The translations under genes and the position numbers were made by a program. The notes beneath the pieces were generated by a model that worked only from the letters and a program-made list of their open reading frames with translations, was not told where the DNA came from and ran no database searches. Below, one piece after another: positions 20,636-30,090 of a stretch of 64,000 bases of DNA. Each line of letters starts with the position of its first letter. Within the stretch, counting starts at the first letter, position 1. The DNA comes from Betaproteobacteria bacterium (lineage in GTDB: Bacteria > Pseudomonadota > Gammaproteobacteria > Burkholderiales > SG8-41), in assembly GCA_021732605.1 (NCBI GenBank), contig JAKFUS010000021.1, positions 10,186-74,185 of the forward strand. Reading direction: 5' to 3'.

Positions 20636-22193
20636 AAGCAGGGATCAACTCGACAAATCCGGCAGCAAAATGCTTGAGCCGCGCATCCCCCGCGTCCAGC
20701 GTTTCTCCTGGCCGCACTTCGGTAAACAGGCGGATCAAAGCGCCGTCGGTGCGGTTGTCCAGCAGCGAGAGCCGCACCAGATCCAGCCTGGCCAGAAACT
20801 CCTGCAGATAAGTACCGGATCCCTGCTTGATCCAGTAATAAGCGATCACCCGCCGCCCGCCCAGGGCCGTGACGATACGGTTCACAACGAAGGCATCACC
20901 GGACTTACCCTGAATGGTCGCGGTAGACTGACTTTCAATGACCCAGCCGCCTCCGGGTACGCATACCTTAGGCGAATGCGGAATGCGACCATGGCGCTGC
21001 GTTTCGTAGTACGACACGTAGGTATTCACCACCGCACCGGTATCGCCTGTGAAATCGCCATAGAAATAATCCGAGGCCCCGGCCACCTCCTCGACCGTGG
21101 AAGACAGGCGCCCCACCTGCGCAGACCACTCCCCAATCTGAGCCGGAAATTCGTTCAGCGGCTTGCGCTCCGGCATGAGTTCACCGCGACTGCTAAGCAC
21201 ACCTGAGACGAGTACCGCCAGCGCCATCAAGGCTGTAATCACCCACAGCGCCACCGTCGGCAATCGATACGCCCCGCTGCCGGGTGCCGGTGAGGCTGCA
21301 ACTTTGTCCGTTTGCACGGACAAGACATCGAACAATCCTTGGCGGCCCGGCAACAACTTGATCAGCCCCCAGATCACCACCAGCAGCAGCAAGGCAGCGA
21401 CGACAAACACTACCCAGCCTTCGAAGAAGTGCAGAAAGCCTTCCGTATGCTTGGCCCCGCCGCTCGCCACCAGCATACCCGTCACACCGATGCGGAAACT
21501 GTTCATGAAAATCGTGATGGGGATGGTCACCAGAAACACCGTCCAGCGCATCCACAGCGGCGTACGCAGCATGATATAGGCCGCAATCGCCCCCAGGCTC
21601 ATCAGTGGAAAAAGGTAGCGCAGTCCGGCGCAGGCCTCGGCCACCAGCAGCTTTGTCACACCCATATCGAGCACATTGCCTTCGAGATAGACGCTGCCGC
21701 CGAACAGGCGGATGAACCACACTCCGAGCTTCGACGAGATCAACTGCAGTTCCGCCGTCAGCATCGGCCCCAGTGGATTGGGCAGGGGAAACAGCAGCAG
21801 CACAATCAACAGCGGCACCAGCAGCTTGCGCAGCAAACCGAAGCCCCCCACCGCCAGCGCCGCCGCCAACCCGAACAACCAAAAACCGTAATAACTCATC
21901 AAATTGATGCCCGAGGCATTGCCCAGCACCACAAAGACCAATGCCACGACGGCCAGTACAACACTCAATCCGGCTTTACCAGGACGCAAAGGCAGGTAAT
22001 TCCCCCGGCGCAGCGCCACCAGATACCCCAGTACCACCACCACCATCAGGCCGTGGCCATATTCCTCGCTCTGCGTCCAAATCTGCAACAAGCCGGACTG
22101 ATACATCAGACCGGTCATACCAAGGGCGAACGCCAGCCATAGTATTCCGGCCGGACGAGGTGGCCACTGCACCCAAGAGAGCAGCTTATCCAT
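20622..22193 (-). CDS. xrtA: Exosortase A (XrtA) fused to an EpsI-family domain
   Basis: 523 aa. The N-terminal polytopic domain carries the exosortase Cys/Arg/His motifs (AEACAGLRYL, NSFRIG, HTEGFLHFFEGW). The C-terminal ~200 aa carries an EpsI-like motif (HSPKVCVPGGGW). Confidence 0.8.
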   Translation of the reverse strand: MDKLLSWVQWPPRPAGILWLAFALGMTGLMYQSGLLQIWTQSEEYGHGLMVVVVLGYLVALRRGNYLPLRPGKAGLSVVLAVVALVFVVLGNASGINLMSYYGFWLFGLAAALAVGGFGLLRKLLVPLLIVLLLFPLPNPLGPMLTAELQLISSKLGVWFIRLFGGSVYLEGNVLDMGVTKLLVAEACAGLRYLFPLMSLGAIAAYIMLRTPLWMRWTVFLVTIPITIFMNSFRIGVTGMLVASGGAKHTEGFLHFFEGWVVFVVAALLLLVVIWGLIKLLPGRQGLFDVLSVQTDKVAASPAPGSGAYRLPTVALWVITALMALAVLVSGVLSSRGELMPERKPLNEFPAQIGEWSAQVGRLSSTVEEVAGASDYFYGDFTGDTGAVVNTYVSYYETQRHGRIPHSPKVCVPGGGWVIESQSTATIQGKSGDAFVVNRIVTALGGRRVIAYYWIKQGSGTYLQEFLARLDLVRLSLLDNRTDGALIRLFTEVRPGETLDAGDARLKHFAAGFVELIPAYVPD

Positions 22194-22683
22194 TCTTAAT
22201 TACACCCCCATCCACGAATTGCTTGAGTGCCCCGATAAGCGCGTTCAAGTTCACGTTTTCCTTCGAATCTACCGGCAGCGTTGCAGCAGGAGGATCATTC
22301 AAGGCAGCCGTCAGTTCAATGGAATCGTTCACGATGCGAATATTGGAATAACCATCAAACCGAGCCGACGTCGCCATCTGATGGTCGTTGCGGTGCTCTC
22401 CAAGCGCAGCCAGCCGCGGCATCATGATCAGCGGCTTGCCAAGTTCCAGGCTTTTGAGAATGGTGCCCATGCCCGCATGGGAAACCACCAGATCTGCCTC
22501 GTTGAAATACTGCTCCCACTCTGCGGGCCGGGTATAAGCGACAAACTGGCAGTGGCGTGGCCGATAATCCGAATCACTCAATTGCATCACAACCGGACGT
22601 TCGGGGTGCATGCCGGCCCAGTCGTCGAGCGCTCGCATCAAGCGTTCGAAAGGCAACTGCGTGCCCACCGTGGCGAAAATCAC
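22186..22683 (-). CDS. Glycosyltransferase family 28 C-terminal-domain protein (Alg13/PssE-like subunit)
   Basis: 165 aa. MIFATVGTQLPFERL and SHAGMGT are typical of Alg13-like half-enzymes. Confidence 0.7.
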   Translation of the reverse strand: MIFATVGTQLPFERLMRALDDWAGMHPERPVVMQLSDSDYRPRHCQFVAYTRPAEWEQYFNEADLVVSHAGMGTILKSLELGKPLIMMPRLAALGEHRNDHQMATSARFDGYSNIRIVNDSIELTAALNDPPAATLPVDSKENVNLNALIGALKQFVDGGVIKNG

Positions 22684-23141
22684 AGCACCGCTCCCTTAAA
22701 GATTGGACCATTGGCCTTGGCCAAATGCGGCCATTGGGTCAGCCACAGGTCGGCAAAGGGCTTCACCTTAGCCCCGGAAAGCGACAACCGTTCGGCATTG
22801 GCGATGCTATCCACCCAGATCGTCCGTGCACCCAGTAGCTTGCCGAATACCAGCGCAAAGAATCCTGGCGCTGCCCCGGTCGAGACTACTAAATCGGGCC
22901 GATGCCGAAACACGATACCGAGCATACGGAAAGCCAGCTCCAGCATGGCCATCTTGTTCCGAAGATTCGCGTCCGGTACCACGGAGAGTAGCGCGGGTGT
23001 TACTTCAGCAAGCAAGCCCGGATTAGTGGATACATAGTGCACATCCAGTGCATCAAAAGCTGGCGCGAGGCGACGTAACTGCACCCAGTGTCCGCCGTGC
23101 GAGGCCACGAGCAGAACTTTCCGACGCCGCGCATCAACCAT
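22680..23141 (-). CDS. Alg14/PssD-like glycosyltransferase membrane-anchor subunit
   Basis: 153 aa with VASHGGHWVQL and STGAAPG motifs. It overlaps its Alg13-like partner by 4 nt. Confidence 0.7.
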   Translation of the reverse strand: MVDARRRKVLLVASHGGHWVQLRRLAPAFDALDVHYVSTNPGLLAEVTPALLSVVPDANLRNKMAMLELAFRMLGIVFRHRPDLVVSTGAAPGFFALVFGKLLGARTIWVDSIANAERLSLSGAKVKPFADLWLTQWPHLAKANGPIFKGAVL

Positions 23142-23991
23142 GAAAACCCTTTCCTGCCTGTCTTGAGGACAAATCCTTCTCCCATTGATATTGCGAGAGA
23201 TTTTTGATGCGCTGCTTTGCTAAAATTCGCGACATCAGACTCACGTAAAGATACACCGCCACCTTTAGCCACTTGAGCGGATTGCACAGCACACTCAACA
23301 GCCCTCCCCGGTAATCCTTGACCTCGTTTTTCATGAGTTCCGGGAAACGCGCCGCCAACTCCATCTGCCCCAATCGGCTACGTGTCTTGATCTTGAGCAG
23401 CCAATGCAGGTTGGACGGTGCACGCACATAGGAATAAGCGCCTTCCACATTGCCCCGTTCATGCTCCTTGAACAAGGCTCGAACATAGCCATCATCGGCA
23501 ATCACATCGGGGAACTCGCCAAAGCGCCGTCGGCCCTCTTCCGATAATGCATATACGCCCGCCCCAAGCATGCCGCTTTTGCAATAAGGCAATGATAGCC
23601 AGATGTCGTAATACGAACGTACCGCCCAGTTTGATCCATCGAGCTTCATTACCGGGGTTGGCGAAACAGCCAGCCAGCGGCCGGAATCCAAGGCATCCCT
23701 TATCCTCTCTATGGCACCATCACTGAGAGATACATCTGCATCCATGTAGATCCGCGGAAACCCCTTTGCATGCCGTTCACCTAAGTTGAGAGCACCGACT
23801 TTTGAAGGTATCTGGATTTCCAACACAGTGGCCCCGGGTTCGAAGCGACGTGCCACGACCGCCGTACTGTCTATGCAGCCATTGCAGACGACAACGATAA
23901 CATCGTCCTTGCATAACTGTCCGATCAATGACTGAAGAGTATACGAAATTACTGTGGCCTCGTTGTGGGCCGGAATTATAGTACTTGTCAC
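23134..23991 (-). CDS. Glycosyltransferase family 2
   Basis: 285 aa with an IIPAHNE start and a DAD motif (IYMDADV). Confidence 0.8.
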   Translation of the reverse strand: MTSTIIPAHNEATVISYTLQSLIGQLCKDDVIVVVCNGCIDSTAVVARRFEPGATVLEIQIPSKVGALNLGERHAKGFPRIYMDADVSLSDGAIERIRDALDSGRWLAVSPTPVMKLDGSNWAVRSYYDIWLSLPYCKSGMLGAGVYALSEEGRRRFGEFPDVIADDGYVRALFKEHERGNVEGAYSYVRAPSNLHWLLKIKTRSRLGQMELAARFPELMKNEVKDYRGGLLSVLCNPLKWLKVAVYLYVSLMSRILAKQRIKNLSQYQWEKDLSSRQAGKGFHG

Positions 23992-24674
23992 GATTTATCT
24001 TTGTTGAAGAACCCTTGGTAAACGACGAGCGACTTGGTAAGTCCGAAGATTTTTTCCTTCCACAAGATGGCATTAGGAAAGAGCTGGGCAAGCTCATCTT
24101 TACTCATCAATCGCACCTCATCCACAAGATCCTCGGCATGCTTTCGATCGGCCGCCGGCCCTCGCCATCCGCAGCGAAAACGCATGAGCAAAGCCACTCT
24201 CAAAGACCTTGGCATCCATTGCCAGCCCGGCACGTGAAAATGTGGCTCAATGGGGAACCAATAGTTTGGCGTCTGGATCCAATAAGCTCTTGCAACTCGC
24301 TGTACTTCGGCGGCCATCTTTGACTGATTTTCAAGCGAGAACAGATGTTCGATAACGGAATTGCTGTAAGCCACATCGAACGCACCATCAGCATATTCAG
24401 ATAGATCAAGTGCATTGCCGTCCTTGACAAGCACATTCTCAAAGGCAAATTCCTGGGCACCTTTATTGACAACAGTAATCTCAACACCATCCTTCCCCAG
24501 CCAACCACGTTGTTGCCAATAGCCTAAGGTGCCGCCGACATCGATAATCTTTATAGGCTTAGGCAGCGATTCGACCAACGAGGTAAACAGCGCAAATCTT
24601 TGTGCACGCAATTTGTTCGCCAGAGAGCTAGAACGTCCAACATCAGCAAAACCACGCAGATCTAAGAAACTCAT
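23988..24674 (-). CDS. Class I SAM-dependent methyltransferase
   Basis: 228 aa with motif I IKIIDVGGTLG and a later FDVAYSNSVIEH. Confidence 0.7.
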   Translation of the reverse strand: MSFLDLRGFADVGRSSSLANKLRAQRFALFTSLVESLPKPIKIIDVGGTLGYWQQRGWLGKDGVEITVVNKGAQEFAFENVLVKDGNALDLSEYADGAFDVAYSNSVIEHLFSLENQSKMAAEVQRVARAYWIQTPNYWFPIEPHFHVPGWQWMPRSLRVALLMRFRCGWRGPAADRKHAEDLVDEVRLMSKDELAQLFPNAILWKEKIFGLTKSLVVYQGFFNKDKS

Positions 24675-26146
24675 CGGCCTACCTGCCCTACGTTATTACG
24701 ATAGATAAGCCACATCTGGTCACCAAATTTATTTCGATAATCACCTCCATCCTTCTTGGTGCCATGTTTGGTTTTATAGCGCCCTGCTCCGCGGATGCAA
24801 TTGTTATCTTTATCAGGGCCATAGACTTTCATGTAGTCATCGGGATTATTGTTATATGAAGCGCAGGGGTCCGGATTCGCCCAAACCCCGTCAATTACCC
24901 ATCGATCCGCGTATTCCAGAAATGCGTTGTTCGCCCACCCCTCTTCTAGCCCCAGCATTCTTACTGCAAGCGCAGTGTATTTCCAGGGCATCGCTGTGCA
25001 ACAAAATTGGTAGGCACCTCCAATTTCGTGGCCGCCGCCATCAATGTAACCATAGGGATCACGACAATCGCGCGAACCTCGTCCAAGGCGGGTGGTCAAC
25101 CAATAGTTGCTATCCGAGCAAGATGCGCCATACAAAGCCTTCCCGGCTTTTTCGCTAAAATACACCTGCTCATCTTCAGAAAAAACAGCGCGCTTCGCTG
25201 ATTGTAAAAAATCGTCACGCCCCAACAAGCGCGCTGCGAACAAGATGGGCAATTTTCGGCCGTTACCATGACCACCAGCGCCAGGCCATTTCATCCCTGT
25301 CATCGCCATCCCTTTGAGATCAACGCCCATTTGTAAGTAGTTTATCAGCGCCAGGCGGTGTGTTTGAACCTCAAAATTAAAGTCATTTAGCATAAACCGC
25401 AGAGGAGCAACCGCATTGTCTGTCGCGATTGAGGCCCCAAAATCCGGCATGTTGTCTATAGGATGCATATCCCTGCCCACCCAATTTTCCAGATGATCCA
25501 GTTGAACCCCTCGATAACGTTTCAGGATCTTCTCGAAGTCACCATACTTAGCTTCAGTGCAACACCCGACGGGCAACCTAGGAATATGTTTAAGCAAATC
25601 CTTGGGCAAGGCGTAGTGCGTCTTTTCTTTTCCAAAATAAGGCGGTCGCAGAAACCCGCTTGAATAAGCGAGAGGCGTCCTCAGCACCGTAAGCACAGCA
25701 GCAAACTGTAAGCAAGGTCTGCATTTTGAATTGGTATTCTTTTTGGAGTGCTCCGCTGAAATGCTAACCGCCTTGACGACTGATGAATCGCCTCTGACAC
25801 GTAACGGCAAGCGCACATTCAAGGTGCCGTCATAACCGCTGATCCTCTGGTCGAAACCCTGCATGGTTTTGGTTGAAGGATTGATTTCAATTCCACTAAA
25901 CCCGACGCTGGTCACTGGATCAACAGATTTGATCACAACGACTTCCGAGGCATCGGCGCTTACCCACCAATCGCCATTGGCATACCGGCCACAGTGATAC
26001 GGTTTGTCAAAGCTAAATACGATATCGTTTTTAGAACCGGACGGCGCCGGATAACTGATACTGACGCAAGTGCCAACATCGGCATATGCCAAAGACAAAA
26101 ACTGAGCACAAACGGCAAAAAAGCAGGCAACAATCCGCGGGATCAT
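24671..26146 (-). CDS. Hypothetical secreted Cys-rich protein
   Basis: 491 aa with a signal peptide (..SLAYA). I recognise no family. It is translationally coupled (4-nt overlaps) on both sides within the glycan cassette. Confidence 0.5.
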   Translation of the reverse strand: MIPRIVACFFAVCAQFLSLAYADVGTCVSISYPAPSGSKNDIVFSFDKPYHCGRYANGDWWVSADASEVVVIKSVDPVTSVGFSGIEINPSTKTMQGFDQRISGYDGTLNVRLPLRVRGDSSVVKAVSISAEHSKKNTNSKCRPCLQFAAVLTVLRTPLAYSSGFLRPPYFGKEKTHYALPKDLLKHIPRLPVGCCTEAKYGDFEKILKRYRGVQLDHLENWVGRDMHPIDNMPDFGASIATDNAVAPLRFMLNDFNFEVQTHRLALINYLQMGVDLKGMAMTGMKWPGAGGHGNGRKLPILFAARLLGRDDFLQSAKRAVFSEDEQVYFSEKAGKALYGASCSDSNYWLTTRLGRGSRDCRDPYGYIDGGGHEIGGAYQFCCTAMPWKYTALAVRMLGLEEGWANNAFLEYADRWVIDGVWANPDPCASYNNNPDDYMKVYGPDKDNNCIRGAGRYKTKHGTKKDGGDYRNKFGDQMWLIYRNNVGQVGR

Positions 26147-27138
26147 GCTCCCACCCCACCGCTTCTATCCGACATATACCACTCCGCTTTTCGACTCAAT
26201 ACTTCGCCCCAGATAGTTGCAGCCTCACGAGAAGAAGAGCGACCGAATGCCGAAAGAACTGAGTGAAATGCATACCGACTTAAAGGCCATAAGAAAAGTA
26301 AGTGAAAACCTAGCCGCTTTGACCAAAACGAAAAATGAATTTGGATCAGAAGTTTTTTTGCATTAAGCAGGCGGACAAGCTTGTCGACTCGAATCTTTTC
26401 TGAGGCACCACCATAGTGAATGATTGTCGCAGTAGATGTCACTATGGGTTTGGCACCTAGCGCTTGGGCCCGCAAGCACAAATCCGCTTCTTCGCCATAC
26501 ATGAAGAACTCTTCACGGAATCCCCCCAGAGGCTCCCACAACCCCCTCTTAACCAGTAGAAAGCACCCAGAAACTATATCTACCTCGCGTTCACCACCAC
26601 GATCCCACCCCCCAATTCCTTCTGGATTAAAAATAATTGATCGCCTAAAAAGCGACGTCAGACCCAAAGCCTGACAAAGCAAACTCCATACTGATTGCCG
26701 AGACCAGCAGGACGCAGGATTGAGTGTGCCATCGCCAAACAGCGTCCTTCCACCCCAAATTCCGGAGGCCGGATTTGCATTCGCAAACTCGATCAAACGA
26801 TCAATGGCAGAATTTATTACTACAGTATCCGGGTTGAGCAGAAGGAGGTAATGCCCTTTCGCATTAATAGCTGCCAAGTTATTTCCAGCCGCAAAGCCAA
26901 GGTTTTCAATGGATGGAATCAAAGTAACTTTATTGCCAAATTCCTCTCTTATTGCCACAACCGATCCATCTGCTGAAGCATTATCGAGAACGATCAACTC
27001 AAATTCCGAGTTCTTGGTTTCTCTAAATACTGAACGCAAACATTCAAGCGTCATCTCCCTAGTGTTATAGCTGATCACGATGATCGACAAAATCGGCGTG
27101 ATCATAAGAAGAAAATATTTTTCATAGGAAGATAGCAA
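26143..27138 (-). CDS. Glycosyltransferase family 2
   Basis: 331 aa with ILSIIVISYNT, LDNASADGS and a DxD region. The start may instead be the ATG at 27105. Confidence 0.8.
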   Translation of the reverse strand: MLSSYEKYFLLMITPILSIIVISYNTREMTLECLRSVFRETKNSEFELIVLDNASADGSVVAIREEFGNKVTLIPSIENLGFAAGNNLAAINAKGHYLLLLNPDTVVINSAIDRLIEFANANPASGIWGGRTLFGDGTLNPASCWSRQSVWSLLCQALGLTSLFRRSIIFNPEGIGGWDRGGEREVDIVSGCFLLVKRGLWEPLGGFREEFFMYGEEADLCLRAQALGAKPIVTSTATIIHYGGASEKIRVDKLVRLLNAKKLLIQIHFSFWSKRLGFHLLFLWPLSRYAFHSVLSAFGRSSSREAATIWGEVLSRKAEWYMSDRSGGVGA

Positions 27139-27149
27139 TCCGGTCTAGC

Positions 27150-28460
27150 CTAGTAGGCTTTTACATTCAGATAGGCTGCTTCATGGTGCCCGCCATCCCA
27201 AGCCACTGCAGCACTAACCATTGCCCCTAGCAAAATATGGCTCAACAAGAGTGGCGGACCAAATAACCCAACTGACATACTTGCGATATCCAGAGCCATT
27301 AGGGTTGCACCAAAGGCGAATAGCATATTTCGCCTCGACGCATTGAGGTCATTACGCCACGCATAAATGACTTTTTTCATTGCTAAATAATGAGTGGCCA
27401 CATACATAATCAGAGCAGGTACTCCACCATAGATGGCCACTATCAAAAAATGGTTGACTATATCGATATGATCTCTGCCATCCAATATCTCTCCCCAATG
27501 ATGGGGCCAATTGGAACCCACCCCAACTAACCAGTATTCACGCCATTGCGAGAAAGCCACCTCTAACAGCCTTGTACGGTACCAAGCGGTATGCGGATCT
27601 AAAGCCAGATAATCGATGAGGTTGTAAAAATGCCGATTTGAAATGATTTCTAAAAAGATAGATATGGCTATCAAAAGATAAAGTCCTGGCTTGATCAGTC
27701 CCGGGCGCCTCTCGAGCCAAATGAATAGGATTAGTGCAAAACAGGCGATCCAAGGACCACTGGACATCGATGAAAGAGCGCCTAGAAGCGCTGAAGACAC
27801 AGCGATAAAAAAAATAACTTGGCTCTTTACATAGCCACGTAGCGACCATAGCAATCCCATTAATAGCATCATCGCTATGCCAAAATATATATGAACTGAT
27901 GTACTTCCTTTAGCCCTAAGAAAACCATATCGATATTGATCGTATTTGTCGATCCAACGCCAAAACCGATGATCAGTTAATGATGCATATGGTGCGGCAT
28001 ATCCGGCTGATTCGCAGACACCTAGTAGGCCCATAAAAACTGCAGTGATCGCCAATCCAGTGTAGAGACCCTTTACATCCTCAGGTGATCTGACAGTGAT
28101 TCTGGCAAGAAAATACATCAATACTGTGTCGAAACCTCGCCCGATCATCTGGGACACATGAGGAAATTCCGCTCCAGACAATATCGTAGCCAGCACTGTA
28201 TAAACCCATAATAATAAGACTATGGTATCCACCATTCCATAACCCATCACTCGGTATTGCCCCGCAATTAAATACTTAACAAGAAGAACCAACGCCACCA
28301 GTCGGGGCACGGACATCTCTGCAAGCCCCATTGGGATTCGCAAGAATTCTGGCCAAAGCATCATCGACATGATGACAATACCTAGGGCGGCGCCACTACG
28401 CCGGCATGATAATGCCAAGACAATAAATGCAAATGTCACGACCAACGTGACACCAATCAT
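27150..28460 (-). CDS. O-antigen ligase/polymerase-like (Wzy-type) membrane protein
   Basis: 436 aa with about 10-12 TM helices and AT-rich codon usage. Its position in the cassette, next to a flippase, fits this call. Confidence 0.6.
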   Translation of the reverse strand: MIGVTLVVTFAFIVLALSCRRSGAALGIVIMSMMLWPEFLRIPMGLAEMSVPRLVALVLLVKYLIAGQYRVMGYGMVDTIVLLLWVYTVLATILSGAEFPHVSQMIGRGFDTVLMYFLARITVRSPEDVKGLYTGLAITAVFMGLLGVCESAGYAAPYASLTDHRFWRWIDKYDQYRYGFLRAKGSTSVHIYFGIAMMLLMGLLWSLRGYVKSQVIFFIAVSSALLGALSSMSSGPWIACFALILFIWLERRPGLIKPGLYLLIAISIFLEIISNRHFYNLIDYLALDPHTAWYRTRLLEVAFSQWREYWLVGVGSNWPHHWGEILDGRDHIDIVNHFLIVAIYGGVPALIMYVATHYLAMKKVIYAWRNDLNASRRNMLFAFGATLMALDIASMSVGLFGPPLLLSHILLGAMVSAAVAWDGGHHEAAYLNVKAY

Positions 28461-29737
28461 TCTCCTTGCTCCCCAGGCAGTTTCTTCAGAATGATGGCAA
28501 TTCGTAATCGCTTGGTGAAAACTCTCTTGACAGTTCCGATAATGGATTTCAACTTTGCCGTACTATCCAAATTTTCAATCCATAATTTAAACATTGGGAA
28601 GCCAGAATACCGCGGCACCCCGGCTGCGAACATACGAAGCACCCAAAGACGCGCCCATAGCGCCCCTCTGGTTTCCATAAGACCGGGCTGGGAGCGCGGG
28701 AGCAGATCCGGGCTGCTATCTTCCAAAGTCAGATAACCTGCTGCTGATGCTGCCCTGATCACGTCCAGACCTCGCCTAGTCCTGGCGACGATCAACGATT
28801 TCCCGAGTTCTCCATCTTGCACCTTGCGATACCACGGGTCCCCTACCGCGATATCCGCAAACTCACCCGTATGATCCGGGCAAATATAGCAACGCCACTG
28901 GCGATATTGCTGCAAAAAACCCCAGGAATCCGCGTAGGACAACTGCTGAATTTCCTGCTTGCCTTCGCGATTCAAAAACTCCGCAGTCCACATGCCCGGC
29001 CAACCTTTACCCCGGTAGCGCAGTTCCTTGACCGTTGCAGGGTCATCCACCCCATGGGCTCGGAGCAAATCTAGAGTACCCTTGGTAGACGGCACCCCTG
29101 CACAGAAAAAGGCAATCACCAAGCCAAGCTTTTCATCCAACTCCGGTCTTAGTTTTCTTGCGCTCATCACAGCAGCCGCATCGCATGGCTTTCCGATGAA
29201 TACACTTTTTTCTTTGGCGGCTTCAATACGGTCTAGGCCATCGCAGGGGCTGGCGGGCGCGTATCGCGAGCCTGTACGGTCAAGCAAGTCGGTCCGATCC
29301 TTACTGTAAACGGTTTCGTTCAGGTACGGCACATCATGCCGGGCTCCAACATGCAGTGCCCCAGCCATACCTTCCCGCTCAATGCCGTATAGCGCCAATG
29401 CCGTCGCTGCACCCCCACTCGATCCGGAAAAGCGGATCTCGGGGTCAGCTGCGTAGCCCTCCCATACTGCAAGAACCGGCCCCCAGGCATCAAGAAGCTC
29501 AGGCAAGATATCGTCGCGAGCACGCATAGATGCCGGATGCTCAAGTTGCGCGCCCGGGCAAACAGCCAGCGCCTCACCCGATTCCATTATCGCCTTATCC
29601 AAGAGGAAAGGACGCCGCCCATGGTCCATCGTATCTGCCATACGGAATCGTTTTGGTTCGACATACGCACAAACACCGCAGCCGGTACATAGCTGCATTG
29701 CCACGACATCGGCGATCGATTTAATGGGTCGCGACAC
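28457..29737 (-). CDS. Coenzyme F420 hydrogenase/dehydrogenase beta-subunit (FrhB)-like Fe-S protein
   Basis: 426 aa, GTG start, N-terminal ferredoxin-like CTGCGVCAYVEP. This family commonly pairs with polysaccharide pyruvyl transferases. Confidence 0.65.
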   Translation of the reverse strand: MSRPIKSIADVVAMQLCTGCGVCAYVEPKRFRMADTMDHGRRPFLLDKAIMESGEALAVCPGAQLEHPASMRARDDILPELLDAWGPVLAVWEGYAADPEIRFSGSSGGAATALALYGIEREGMAGALHVGARHDVPYLNETVYSKDRTDLLDRTGSRYAPASPCDGLDRIEAAKEKSVFIGKPCDAAAVMSARKLRPELDEKLGLVIAFFCAGVPSTKGTLDLLRAHGVDDPATVKELRYRGKGWPGMWTAEFLNREGKQEIQQLSYADSWGFLQQYRQWRCYICPDHTGEFADIAVGDPWYRKVQDGELGKSLIVARTRRGLDVIRAASAAGYLTLEDSSPDLLPRSQPGLMETRGALWARLWVLRMFAAGVPRYSGFPMFKLWIENLDSTAKLKSIIGTVKRVFTKRLRIAIILKKLPGEQGE

Positions 29738-30090
29738 CGCGATCCTCCAACATTGACAGGAATTTTTTTAGACTAGCCGGAGTATCCGGAGTGAACAGAA
29801 GGTCATCTGCTATGGCAAGTTTGATTAATGAAAACTCCCACCACTGCGATAGCTCAATCAATGCACGAATTTCCGGATTGAATCGCACGCCCATTTAACC
29901 ACCCTCAAAACCTAGGGCAAAAGACAAGCATGCCTTGCACAGTATGCCGATTCGGTAGGCACCGGCGATCAGAGGAGAAAGAACGGATTCAGCGTTCCTA
30001 ACTGCCGCAAAAGCCCAAAGCCCGTAGTGCTCCACAAAGCAGGTAATCGACATCGTCGGACCAAGTGATCGGTGCGCCATGCTTTTTCCC

